Below, in pieces: positions 1 through 14,250 of a DNA stretch of 64,000 bases. The stretch comes from Eledone cirrhosa (lineage: Eukaryota). Under the pieces are notes generated by a model. That model did not search any database. It saw only the letters and a program-made list of their open reading frames with translations, and was not told the origin of the DNA. A program made the translations under genes and the position numbers. Position 1 is the stretch's first letter. Every line of letters starts with the position of its first letter. The DNA is taken from positions 6,696,001 to 6,760,000 of the forward strand of contig OZ024755.1 of NCBI GenBank assembly GCA_964016885.1. Reading direction: 5' to 3'.

Positions 1-59
<59 letters not shown>

Positions 60-231
60 CTGTGTGCGTGTTTATTACGTTCAAAATACCACCAAATGAA
101 GAGTGTATTCTTAGCCGTATGAACTGTAAGGTTTGTAGCTGGCAACAATGTAATTATTCACAGAAGATGGAGAAAAGCTGAACAGAAAAACTGAATGTTG
201 AGTTCTTTCGTTCCTTGTATGTGTTTTTTTG

Positions 232-308
<77 letters not shown>

Positions 309-2184
309 ACATATAATATATATAAACATACTCACATATGTATAGAGTGAGAGCGAGAGAGAAAGAGAGTGATAAAGAGAGAGAGACATGCATTTATGTG
401 TATGTGTGTCTGTGTGTGTGTGTCTGTCTGTCTCTGTGTGTGTGTGTGTGTTTTATTGTTGCCTTTTTATCAGAAGAGATTTCACGATTTAACATTGACT
501 GCGTTAATGGAACGATCATTTTTGTTATAACCCATTAAAGATATATATATATATTCTGTGGTTTACATTTAATTTTCTAGTGCTGCAAAAGATGAGAAAT
601 TGAAAGGGTTCACGCGATAAGAATACGACCTTCCATTACCATTTCTCACATTAAACATCTTTTACACCAGAGTAAAATGGTCCAATCTGTGGAACCATCT
701 GCTCATGAAATTATAGTGTAAAAGACCACAAAATCATATTATAACCTTGACAAAATGCTCAGGGAGTTTCAGAGAGAATCGTTAGGATGTAGGGTAATTG
801 CTTTTTCATTGAGTTCAAATCCTGCCGAGGCAAACTTTGTGTTCATTCATCGACAATCAATTAAATAAAATATCTGTTAAATGTTGATGCAAACATGTAC
901 AACTTTCGACTCTCTTCCAAAATTTGCTGGCCATTCGTTTAAACTGAAACCGGTTTTATTATTATGTTTAGTAATGCACTGGGGTCGATTTAATCGATTT
1001 TCCCCTCCCCAAAAATTGCTGGCCTTGTGCCAAAAGTAGAAACAATTATTATATGTTTAGGACTTTACAGCCAATTATAGCTAAGCCAGGAGCCTTCAGT
1101 AAACTACATACAATAACATACAGACATACTTATAGGAACTATAAAATAATCCAGTCTATCATTAAAAATCAATAAGTCGTTTATGAAACTGAAGTGTTCT
1201 GCTGAATTGCATTTCCTAAATGAAACTGTCTGTCAGTCGAACAAGCAATCCATTAAAAATTATAATAGGTGAGACACATATTTTCTGAAAGAAATTCTTT
1301 GATATTTTTTTCAAATGAATAATTACATGTTATTTTGTCACGTAGGAATAATTTATTTAGTATGGCATCATAATCATATTAAGGTGGAGAATTAGCCAAG
1401 TCGTTAGAATGAGGAGAAAATTCTTTGTGCTATTCGATCTGTCTGTGTTCAGATCTCAACGTGAGGAAAATTTACCTTTCGTCTATTCGAGGTCGATAAA
1501 TAAAGTAGTAGACAAATATATTAGTTGATCATCATCATCTTCTTCTTCTTCTTCTTCTTCTTCTTCTTCTTTTTCTTTTTCTTCTTCTTCTTCTTCTTCT
1601 TCTTTTTCTTTTTCTTCTTCTTCTTCTTCTTCTATGCCCACTTATCCCCGAGAGGGTCCCGAGGCCAGTGTCCTCAAGCACTCTTTCCAGCGGATCCTGT
1701 CAAAAGTAACCGACTCCAACTGAACCAGCTCGATCCGCAAGCGAGACCAGAACCAGTCAAGCTCATGGATGTGATCCAACCATCTTGCTCAGGGTCTTCT
1801 TCATTGAAAGATCCATTGAAACTATGTCCTTAAGGTCAAACAATTGTATAATATCGATCCCACTTCATTTAGATAATCTAATTGAAGCGAAATCATGTTT
1901 TTCTATATTTAGAATGTGCTGCGTATATACAGAAAACTTCTATGTGTAAGTCTATGCACGTTGTGCTATTTTGCTATACATTAGATACACACACACTCAC
2001 ACATATATATATATATCCTCCATCCACCCCCACCCCCCACCCACCCCCACACGCCTCACACCCTTTCATCACTTGTTTCATTTTAATTTTTTACCCTCTT
2101 TTTAATTCCTCCCCCACCCCTTTTTTTAATGTCTCCACCACTCCCCTTCGCACCCTCGGAACTCTTTTCCTGCCCACTTTTCTC

Positions 2185-2212
2185 CTGATGAAGGGCTTAT
2201 GCCCGAAACGTC
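2185..2212 (+). ncRNA. Minimal hammerhead ribozyme motif (family A)
   Basis: CTGATGA-A-GGGC-TTAT-GCCC-GAAAC-GTC; stem I pairing poor. Confidence 0.6.
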
Positions 2213-2296
2213 GTCCCCCACCCTCACTCTCAAGCGTGAACCTAATATTAACACTTTGTACTGCCTCTTCGCTTTGTTTTTGTTTTCTGTTTTAAC

Positions 2297-2375
<79 letters not shown>

Positions 2376-4267
2376 TGTTTCGGTTTGTGAGTGTAATGAA
2401 AACTATTTTATTTTTTAACCATTAACATCTTAAGCATTGTGTATTTTGAAATAAAATTCTGGGTGCCAAAACATAGAACAGAATTACAGTTCCATTAAAG
2501 ATTTTCTCATGAAATAAATATTTTAACGAAAATCTTTGGCTGAGTTTTTTTCTTACTTAAGCTGTTAATGTTTGTTATTATTATTGCTTCTGTTACTTCT
2601 TTTGTTGGCACTAGAGCTGTTTTGGCTGTTATTTCTCTTGTTGATTAACTGTCTCGTTAGAAGCCATTATAAGTCCAAATACATAAAATATAGATTTAAA
2701 AAATGTCGCTGTTTACTGATTCAATAGGACATTTGTCTGCTAAAAGCCGAGGAGTCAAATGTTCGTATATTAGAATGCAATGACGCGTTGTATCCTTGAG
2801 CAAGACACTTTATTTCTCAATACTTCAATCCATTCATTAAAATGAAAACAGTGGTACTTGTAATTCAAAGGACCAGTCTTGTTACCCATATTGTCTCTCA
2901 TTGAATCTCCCTGATAATTAAGTCAAGAGTACATGTGTCTGTCAACGGAATGCTCAATCGTGTGTACGTTAATTTTACGAGCAAACTGAATCTCCCTGAG
3001 AACACGTGTCTATAGAATGCTCACTCGCGTGCACGTTAACTTCTTGAGCAGGCTGTTCTATTAGTCAAAGAGAACACTCATCGTCGATTCTGCAGTTTCC
3101 GTCTACCAATTTAACTCTATTCACAAGACCTTGCTTGCCCTAATCTCTCCACCAGGTCCGCGGGGCGGCCAGTGCATGGGTCCCCATTTGTGAGAGGTGA
3201 AGAGAGCGAGAGAGACAGAGGCAGTGATGGTAGGAGTTTGGTTCCATTGTGTTTGGATCTGGTATATAGGTATATATTTATTTACTGATGTCTTGTTCAA
3301 AGACTTTGACTAGTGCAAAGATAACGTTTTGTTTTGTTGTATATCTTGAAATAAAATAAATATATAGCTTCAATTAATTTTTAAACTGTATGAAACACAT
3401 AAACATGAATAACATACAAAACATTTAAGGACATTGATCAACCTGATAGTATAGCAAAGAACTCTTGCCTACGGTGCCACGTAGAAGCATTGAACCCAGA
3501 ACCAGGTATGTAGGTGTGAAGCCAATTACTTAACCATACAGCCATGCCTGCACACTGTTTCACTATCTCTTAATGTCTGGATAAATTAAGCAAATGTGCT
3601 GAGAAAACTTTTTCTCCAAATTATTTGGCAAAAGCTTACATTAGTAGCTGGAGGCGTTAAATACGTTATTACATAAAGAAAAAAAATGAAAGTTCAATGT
3701 TTTGTTCTTGTTTGTTTTTTGTTGTTTTCTAGTTTTAATCTTATTTTCTTTATTTCGTTCTGGTATTCAGAAAATGTAATTATGTAATATTGGTCTCATG
3801 ACGTGATTTCACTTAAATATTTATATTCTAACGTCATTATATCGCAAATGTTTAATTTTTGTATGTATTTCTCGCATATATCTTCAATATATTTGCAAGC
3901 TTCAACACAGATTACAGAGCAGCAGTAAAATCATTCAGAAACAGTTAATGAAAAAAAGGAGATGATTAGTTTTTTATATATTAAAACACATTTAAAATGT
4001 TATGGGGTCGTTTGACTTGCAAAGAAATAACCGACAAATGTATTTCAAATCAAAGTCAACATCTTTGATCATAGGTCTATTGTTTATTCAATAATGGCTA
4101 ACCTAAGGTCAGACAACAACATTAAAATGCTTCTCGTTGAATGATTACGGACTGAACCATGAAATATTTTATGACGTTGAATATAACTATGTAATGGCTT
4201 TTCACCACATTGACTCATATATATATATACGACACAACACTCAAATACACACATACCTTTACATGTG

Positions 4268-4301
<34 letters not shown>

Positions 4302-5599
4302 CATACATGGGAACTTACATACATATATACATAGATACATACATACACATATACATACATGATGGCTGGAAACTCTGCTAAGAGTACTGCAATCGCTTGT
4401 CAAATTATAGTTTGGTGCACTTTTAGGCTATGGCCAGCCACACAAACCTGTAACATATCCTGAACAAGCAATGCCTGTGCTTTGAAGATTTTTTTAAGTG
4501 GGGAAAGGCCTATATACATGCATACATACATAGATACATACATACATGTACTCGAAATTAAGTGAAAGAGAAACCTATACATACATACATACATACATAC
4601 ATACATACATACATACATACATACATACATACATACATACAAATACATACATACATACATACATACATGATGGCTGCTCCCTCGTTATCGAGTATGGCCA
4701 TTGCACGATATACCATTATTAATAATTAGTCTCGCCGAGGTTAACTTTACCTTTCATCCTTAAGGGTCGATAAACTAAAGTACCAGTAATGCACTGAGTA
4801 TTTGCTGGCCTTGTGCCAAACGTAGAAACAATTAATAATTATTAATTAATTCTATCGTGCAATGGCTCTGCGTGAAGATATTTTTTAAAGTGGGGAAAGA
4901 CTGAGCACAGAGCCAATCCCACTCTCTGAACGACAGTAGCTATAACCCAAAAAGAAGAAAAGATCAACACCATCGGGAACTACTGAGCCGCAGGTTTTAT
5001 ATCGGAGTTATCCCAGTTTCCTGAGTTGCCTTCTCCTAGAAGAATGCCCTGACAAAAGCTAGGGGTCCTTCACTCTCAGTGGTTTAACCGCGCGATCGGG
5101 TGTCCAGCCCGACTATTTTTATGTCCCCGCGCATATAAATACACATGCACCCATGTATATACACATATACATATACATACATATGTACATGTGTATATAC
5201 ATATTTACACACTTTTGTCAGGTTTTGTTTTTTGTCCTGCAGGGTGTCCAAAGTCACCCTCCTCACCAAGAAACCTTGGTGGGGTTGCCGGTTTAGTCGC
5301 CGACGACCCGACCATGCGACAGGTTGTACTGGGTTACATGTTACCAGTAGCACTCAAGAGTGACCCGACATACTTAACATACATACATGGGAACTTACAT
5401 ACATATATACATAGATACATACATAGATATATACACATATACATACATGATGGCTGCAGACTCTGCTAAGAGTACTGCAATCACTTGTCAAATTATAGAG
5501 TTTGGTGCACTTTTAGACTACGACCAGCCACACGAACCTGTAACATATTCTGAACAAGCAATGTCTGTTCTTTGAAGATTTTTTAAGCGGGGAAAGGCC

Positions 5600-5674
<75 letters not shown>

Positions 5675-5873
5675 GCGTGTGGCAGATTTATTAGAGAACT
5701 GGAAACGCAATCGTGAAGTTGTCAGTTCGATTCCTGGACCGGGCGATGCGTTATGTCCTTAAGCAAGATACTTTATTTCACATTGCTCCTTCTACCTGGA
5801 GTTAAGACCGAAAGATAGAACTAGCAATTGGAAACACACAAAGGAAACATTGTTTCCTCGGTCGAATTTGACG

Positions 5874-5950
<77 letters not shown>

Positions 5951-6132
5951 ATGCTGGTATGTCTGTGTGTGTGTGTCTACATGCTTTATGTCTGTCTATG
6001 TGAGTACATGTATCACTACGGTAGTGTATCTTTGGGAGGTGTGTACAGTGGCTTGATGTATTCTATTGATTCGGTGAGTCTCTTTCCATTGCTCCTTATT
6101 AAATCCACATAGCACAATTACTTGTTAATATC

Positions 6133-6179
<47 letters not shown>

Positions 6180-6197
6180 CATATATATATATATATT

Positions 6198-6251
<54 letters not shown>

Positions 6252-6313
6252 CATATATATATATATTTATATATATATACATATATATATTTATATATAT
6301 ATATATATAAAGG

Positions 6314-6344
<31 letters not shown>

Positions 6345-6510
6345 GTATATACATTTATACATATATATTTATATATATATGTATATACATTTATATATAT
6401 ATACATTTATATATATATATATTTATATATATATATACCTATATATATATATATATGGAGAGACAGAGAGATAGATATATTTATAATACATATATATGTG
6501 TGTTGTGTGG

Positions 6511-6550
<40 letters not shown>

Positions 6551-6575
6551 GTTTTTACAGTTATATATATATACA

Positions 6576-6648
<73 letters not shown>

Positions 6649-7020
6649 GTATGTATAAGCAACTGAGAAATAGAACATTATGTGCGTATCTATTTGTAAA
6701 GCCAATATTGCTCGCATCTCTGCCTTTTAAAGAGCGTCGTCTGCCGAATGGATTACCGTTCTTGCTAATACCGACACATCACACGATACTCCAGATATTA
6801 CACAAACGTTTCACCACACATGCATACATACATACATACATACATACATACATGCATACATACATACATACATACATACGTACATACGTACATATATACA
6901 TACATATACACTCGTACACTTACACAAGTGAGTATGTATATGCACATATATACACATATACACAATACATCATAATACAATATGACAGCCAAACAAAAGA
7001 AAACATATAATTGAAATAAA

Positions 7021-7066
<46 letters not shown>

Positions 7067-7077
7067 TTCTGTGTGTA

Positions 7078-7125
<48 letters not shown>

Positions 7126-7289
7126 AACACACACATATATATATACATATATATACATATATATATATATATATATGGGCGTATTAGTGTGTATATGTAT
7201 ATGTGTATATATGTAGATACATACATATATACATACATACATATATGTGTGTGTAAAAGGTAAACAGAAATAACAACACTATACATACA

Positions 7290-7320
<31 letters not shown>

Positions 7321-7353
7321 TCATTCAATTCATTCGTATATAGACTTGTTAAG

Positions 7354-7442
<89 letters not shown>

Positions 7443-7741
7443 ATACATACATACATATATACATAAGAAAGAAAGAAAGTAAGAAAGAAGAGAAAAAGTT
7501 CAGCGAAATTTTCAGACACTGATTGATGTGTGCAAATCTAATTTTATTATTGTTATTAATTGAAACTAGTGTATTTATTATTGCTATAGGCCAAACAGCA
7601 TTATTATCTGTTGCAAGATTTCTCTTTGCTGCTGTTGCTGGAGAAATTAGGACAAAATATCTCTCTATTCTGATTTTAAAACTATTTTGCCAACCTTACC
7701 ACAATACTAATTTGTTTGCAGGCCAGCCAACATGGAGAACG

Positions 7742-9020
7742 TAGTGGTGGTGGTGGTGGTGGTGGTGGTGGTGGTGGTGGTGGTGGTAGTGGTGGTGGTG
7801 GTGGTGGTGGTGGCGGTGGTGGTGGTGGTGGTGGTGGTAGCGGTGGTGGTGGTGGTGTTGGTGGTGGTGGTGGTGGTGGTGGTGGTTGTAGTGGTGGTGG
7901 TGGTGGTGGTGGTGGTGGTGGTGGTGTTGGTGGTGGTGGTGGTGGTGGTGGTGGTAGTGGTGGTGGTGGTGGTGGTGGTGGCGGTGGTGGTGGTGGTGGT
8001 AGCGGTGGTGGTGGTGTTGGTGGTGGTGGTGGTGGTGGTGGTGGTGGTAGTGGTGGTGGTGGTGGTGGTAGCGGTGGTGGTGGTGGTGTTGGTGGTGGTG
8101 GTGGTGGTGGTGGTGGTGGTGGCGGTGGTGGTGGTGGTGGTAGCGGTGGTGGTGGTGGTGTTGGTGGTGGTGGTGGTGGTGGTGGTAGTAGTGGTGGTGG
8201 TGGTGGTGGTGGTGGTGGTGGTGGTGGTGGTAGCGGTGGTGGTGGTGGTGGTGGTGGTGGTGGTGGTGGTGGTGGTGGTAGTAGTGGCGGTGGTGGTAGT
8301 AGTGGTAGTGGTGGTGGTGGTAGTAGTGGCGGTGGTAGTGGTGGTGGTGGTGGCGGTGGTGGCGGCGGTGGTGGTGGTGGTAGTAGTGGCGGCGGTGGTG
8401 GTGGTGGTGGTGGTGGTGGTGGTGGTGGTGGCGGTGGTGGTGGTGGTGGTGGTAGTAGTGGTGGTGGTGGTGGTGGTGGTGGTGGTGGTGGCGGCGGTGT
8501 GGTGGCGGTGGTGGTAGCGGTGGCGGTGGTGGTGGTGGTGGTGGTGATAGCGGTGGTGGTGGTGGTGGTGGTGGCGGTAGTGGTAGCGGTGGTGGTGGTG
8601 ATAGCGGTGGTGGTGGTGATGATGGTGGTGGTGGTGGTCGTCGTCGTCGTCGTGGTAGTGGTGGTGGTGGGTGTGGTGGTGGTGGTGGTGGTGGTCGTCG
8701 TCGTCGTCGTGGTAGTGGTGGTGGTGGTGGTAGTGGTGGTGGTGGGTGGTGGTCGTCGTCGTCGTGGTAGTGGTGGTGGTGGTGGTGGTGGTGGTAGTGG
8801 TGGTGGTGGGTGGTAGTGGTGGTGGTCGTCGTCGTCGTCGTGGTAGTGGTGGTGGTGGTCGGCGGCGTCGTCGTCGTCGTGGTAGTGGTGGTGGTGGTGG
8901 TGGAAGTGGTGGTGGGTGGTAGTGGTGGTGGTGGTCGGCGGCGTCGTCGTCGTCGTCGTCGTCGTCGTGATAGTGGTGGTGGTGGTAGATGGTAGTGTTA
9001 GTATTGGTGGTGGTGGTGGG
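7742..9020. repeat. (GGT)n trinucleotide tract of about 1.3 kb
   Basis: Seen directly; GGC/AGT/GTC interruptions; degenerate G-rich tail to about 9440. Confidence 0.97.
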
Positions 9021-10154
9021 TGTGGTGGGGGTGGCAGCGATGGTGAAATCTTGGTATGACGTGTTGATTTGGATGGAGAGGATGACGGCGACGGTGGAGA
9101 AGATAGTGTTATGTTAGTGGTGGTGGTGGGGAAACTGTAGGTTAGAAGGGTATATAGTATATGTTGGTGGAGGAGGCGGCGCTGGAGAGTGGAGGAGATG
9201 TTGATAGAGGAGGCGGTGGTGAGTAGAGTTGATGTTGGTGGAGGAGGCGGTGGTGAGTAGAGTTGATGTTGGTGGAGGAGGCAGTGGAGAGTGGAGGAGA
9301 TGGTGTTGGAGGAGGCGGTGGTGAGGGGAGGAGATGTTGGGGGAGGAGGCGGTGGTGAGTAGAGATTGTATTGGTGGAGGTGGTGTTGTAGAGTTGATGT
9401 TGGTGGAGGCGGCGGTGGTCTGTAGAGATTGTATTGGTGAAGACGGCGTTAGAAAAAAAGAGTGTAAGTTATTGTTATTGGACGCCTGTCGGCTCCGACG
9501 ACGGTTGTTCCAGTTGTTTGATCAACGGAACAGCCTGCTACGAAATCAATGTGCAAGTGCCTGAGCATTCCATATCACATTTAATGAATTACAGCGTGAC
9601 ACAAAGCTGATCCTTTGAATTAAAGGTACAATCAATTCGACGGGCTTCCGAACAGTTTCCGTCTACCCAATTTGATTTTAAAAGCATATTGGGTAGACGG
9701 AAACTGTATATCACGTATATCACGTCAAAATATGGCAAAATATACTTGCGAAGGATGCTACGCATTTGAGCCATGCTTCTTTCGTGGATTAGAAAACTGA
9801 CCATCTCTCAATAGCTTCAGTATAAAAGAGAAAATTCTAGAAAATAACTGGGAAGAGGGGAAAAAGTAAATTAGATTTTAGATGTTTAACTCGGCCACTT
9901 TCGATGAAAAACAAATGGTAAATTGTAAATGGGAAGACTGGTGTTAGTCGAGCTTTATAACAGAGATCTTCCTGTTTAAGACGTAATAATTTTCTGTCGA
10001 GTGAGGTCTTAAAAAGAACACATACAGATGGTACCCAACATGATATACATTCTTTGAAATAAAAATTGACTGTTCTATTAACAATTAGAACGACGTTAGT
10101 AAAGTATTTCACCATTTTCTTTGATGTTTGTACTGTAACTAGTAATTTTGGTTC

Positions 10155-10496
10155 CTAATTTTAGCACAAGGCCATTATTTTTGAGAAGGGGGATAATTCG
10201 GATATATCGAGCCCAATACTTGACTGTTACATTATTTTATCGGGCCCCGAAAGGTGAAAGGAAAACTTGACCTCGGTGGGATTAGAACTTAAAATGTAAC
10301 TAAAAGCTGTAATGTATTTAGTCCGACGCTCTACCGATACTGCCAATCCACCACCCTAATAATGGTTTCTTGTATTGGCACAAGGCCAGCAATTTTGGGG
10401 GAGGGGAAATTCGATTAAATCGACCCCACTCTCAAGAGCGTGAACCTAATAAACCTTTATTTGTCTGCCTCTCTGTTTTGTTGCCGTCTAAATTTG

Positions 10497-10551
<55 letters not shown>

Positions 10552-10563
10552 TATATATACACA

Positions 10564-10595
<32 letters not shown>

Positions 10596-10785
10596 CATAT
10601 ATATATATATGCCTCCATCGAAGATAATAATTGTTTCTATTTTTGGCACAAGGCCAGCAATTACCAGTGCATTACTGGTACTTTATTTTATCGACCCCGT
10701 AAGGATTAAAGGCAAAGTCAACCTCGGCGGGATTCGAACTCAGATCGTAAAGGGACGTAACTATGCTGCCAATCCACCGCCTTAT
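10155..10785 (-). mobile_element. Cluster of three dominant-family SINE copies or fragments
   Basis: Reverse complement of the SINE consensus at about 10155-10340, 10360-10430 and 10628-10785. Confidence 0.75.
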
Positions 10786-11732
10786 AATCGTCGAAGATAA
10801 TAATGATAACACTTGTATTTCCCTGTGATTTGTGGTGTGATTAAGTGAGTTATTTTGAGCATTTTTGTTCTGTTTGTTAAAATATTTGAGTTGTATGCGT
10901 GATGTTTCTATCATTTCAGTGGGCCTTCTACTCTCTTCCCATTTGGGATCGTCGTTTTGGTATTAATCGGTTTGATCTGAGAACTTATTTTTTCTATTGA
11001 CATTTTATTCTTCAACTTGTGTTCTAGCTGTAACCGTCTCATCTTTTTTTTCCTTTTTTTTTCTTTTCATTTTTTCTTTTAACATATTTGTAGAATTAAA
11101 TTGTTCAATATATCCACACCATCACTCACTACAGCTTTCCCTTTAGACGATATGAAGTAGTTTGAGGGAAGATTTGACTCCTAAATATAATAGGTTGAGC
11201 AACCTTGAAGAAGCTCCCTCGTTGGTTCACATTCTTTCTTTTCTTGTTTTTGTGGTAACACTGATTAGATTAGAAGCGTGTGTTGCTTTTATCGCTAATG
11301 GTATTCCTGATACTCGTATTGATTTTTATTTCACTCATAGTTGATGAAACCAAAGAAAAAAAATACTTTGCTGAAAATAAAAACAAAACTAATTAAAATG
11401 AAGTCCTACATTATCCGAAATAAGTTCTATTTGTTGAATTTAAACAAATTGGCCACAAGAGAAGACCGTCTACAATACTATACTCCTCATATACGAAGCT
11501 CTATAGCTTAGTGGTTAGGGTATTTGACTCACAATCATAACATCATGATTTCGAGTCCCGCTAGTATGTTTTTTTCCCTAAGCGTTACAATTGATTTCAT
11601 GTAGGTATATGTATGTATATATATATGTATGTATATATATATATATATGTCTGTATATATATTTTTATCTAAAGACATGTTTTCCAAATCCAACCCAGCC
11701 GTCCCCTCAATCTATCTTAATTCTCATTCTTT

Positions 11733-11766
11733 CTTCTGGTGAAGGACTAGCGTCCGAAACGTTAAG
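11733..11766 (+). ncRNA. Minimal hammerhead motif (family A), A6>G core variant
   Basis: CTT-CTGGTGA-A-GGAC-TAGC-GTCC-GAAAC-GTT-AAG; stem I CTT/AAG. Confidence 0.6.
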
Positions 11767-11935
11767 TCCCTCTTCCTGCTATATCAAGAGTTAACCTTAT
11801 ATATCCCTTCCATATACTGTACCGATTGTGTTGTTATTTCTGTTTACCTTTTACATACATATATATATATATATGTATATATATGTATGTATATATATGT
11901 ATATATATATATTTATAGATATATATATATATGTG

Positions 11936-11982
<47 letters not shown>

Positions 11983-12150
11983 GTTGGCTTCTACAGGACT
12001 GGAACTGTTTCATTCGGGAGAAATCATCAGGAAATCCGACTGAAACAGTTCTAGTCCTGAAGAAGCCATTTCTATATTAAATATTTATACTCTGCTATGT
12101 ATTGAGTACCTTACTTACTGTGGTTACCCCCGATTGAACCCGGGATAACT

Positions 12151-12248
<98 letters not shown>

Positions 12249-12537
12249 AGTTTAAATAGAAGAATTAAAATCCTCAATTCAAAAGATTTGGTCGAAATAA
12301 CGAATAAAGAATAAACTAGAGTGTTTAACTGGTGCGTAGATTTAAATAGAGCCATTGTCCAAAGTTCACAGTCGCTGAGCAGAAGTGAGAAACTACAAAT
12401 AATAAAACGACATTATTAGTACTAAAAACTGTTTCTTCTAATTTATTAATTTAACGGGTCACCACAAATTGTTGGAACACAATGAGCAACAATGACGATG
12501 TTCAGCTGTTAATTAAAACTTTTTATTCTCTTGGTTT

Positions 12538-12591
<54 letters not shown>

Positions 12592-12721
12592 GAAGTTATA
12601 TTTAATTTGTTGGGATTCCAACAAACTTAAAAGTTTATAACTGATATAGAACACTCAACAGTTTACTGGAGTAAATATTCAATATATTAATAAATGGAAA
12701 CTATATTTATAAAACCATAAT

Positions 12722-12786
12722 TATGTTATTATATATATTTCAAGGGCAACCAAGGCAATCTTGGTGCGCTTTCATCAGATAAAATA
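12722..12786 (-). ncRNA. Hammerhead motif (family B)
   Basis: Minus strand TATTTTAT-CTGATGA-AAGCGCACCAAG-ATTGC-CTTGGTTGCCCTT-GAAA-TATATA-TA-ATAACATA. Confidence 0.6.
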
Positions 12787-12856
12787 CAAAATTTGTTTTA
12801 TAAATAGTGACATGACCGTGGAAAACAACCTTGACGGTTGAAAATTCGCTGGATAG

Positions 12857-12898
<42 letters not shown>

Positions 12899-13057
12899 CA
12901 AAGAGCGGGTGGTGAGATACCAGGGGGACCATGACGCTATACTAGAGTAGTAGAGTGGGTAATAGGAACAGAGTCAGGACCCCGACGAAGACTAAAATCC
13001 AAAGAGGGCTCGATAAGAATAAATATATATCAAATATATAAGAACCGTAGAGCAAAG

Positions 13058-13203
13058 ATTTATTAAAATAACAGATTAAAGTTTAAGCAAAGAATCGCTG
13101 CTTTCACTCTTAACGGGATCTTCTGAAACGCGTTTCAGAAGATCCCGTTAAGGGTGAAAGCAGCGATTCTTTGCTTAAACTTTAATCTGTTATTTTAATA
13201 AAT
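13058..13203. repeat. 146-bp near-perfect palindrome, no spacer
   Basis: Centre GAAACG|CGTTTC at 13130/13131, one mismatch; right arm recurs alone at about 52573-52630. Confidence 0.95.
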
Positions 13204-13274
13204 ATATATATATATATGACTACCATGACTGGATCTTAACCATCTACTATGTCAGGGTATGTCATGTATCATCT

Positions 13275-13341
13275 TATTTTATCTGATGAGGACGTACTGT
13301 TGAAGTTAACTCAGTACCTCTGAAATATGTATAATAAAATA
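13275..13341 (+). ncRNA. Hammerhead motif (family B)
   Basis: TATTTTAT-CTGATGA-GGAC-GTACTG...CAGTAC-CTCT-GAAA-TATGTA-TA-ATAAAATA; 8-bp stem I. Confidence 0.6.
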
Positions 13342-13461
13342 TACTTGATCACAATAATATCGAATTAATATTAATAACTCCGGAAAACCATATCTGTTGA
13401 GTGCTTCCAATCTATTGTAAAACTCATTCTTTAATTTATTCATTGAACCTTGTTTAACCTT

Positions 13462-13508
<47 letters not shown>

Positions 13509-14169
13509 CCGTCGAAGATAATAATATCTACCCTCCGATAAATGGATACCCACGATAAGCAGCTGCCAAACTATTTGCTGTATGTCTTGTTTCATTTGAA
13601 TTAGTTTAAATGACATATCGATTGTTTGGCGTACACAACTAAATAACAATTGTTGCTTGGTGACAACAGACAGAAGACAATTGCTTCTATTGGTTCCAGT
13701 AAACTTCAACTATACATACACGTCTATAATATTAGTCCTATGACTACATAGAAGAGAAGTCATTACGTTTTATTTCATATCATAAAACCGAAAGGAAAAA
13801 TATTGACAGCTGCACAGCTACATTCACACAAGATATATTATAAATTGAACAGCAAATTTATGAAACAAACTTTGAGGAAATAAGCACCAGTTTTATGAGA
13901 CACTCTAGTTCGTAGAAAGGATTGCGATTTTTGGTGTGATTTTTATCATCTCTCGCCTACGTTCCTCCATAGACAATGAACTTACGTATACACATATACG
14001 TACCCTAACATACACACATACCCCAAACCACAAGCATACACACCAACGTATAAGTGTACATATATATACATACATACATACATACATACATACATACATA
14101 CATACATACATACATACATACATACGTACATACATACGTACATACATACATACATACGTACGTACATAC

Positions 14170-14250
<81 letters not shown>

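Noticed and set aside
7716-8995. 366-aa poly-Gly and poly-Val ORFs
   Set aside because: Pure (GGT)n microsatellite; no credible start, splice context or codon diversity.
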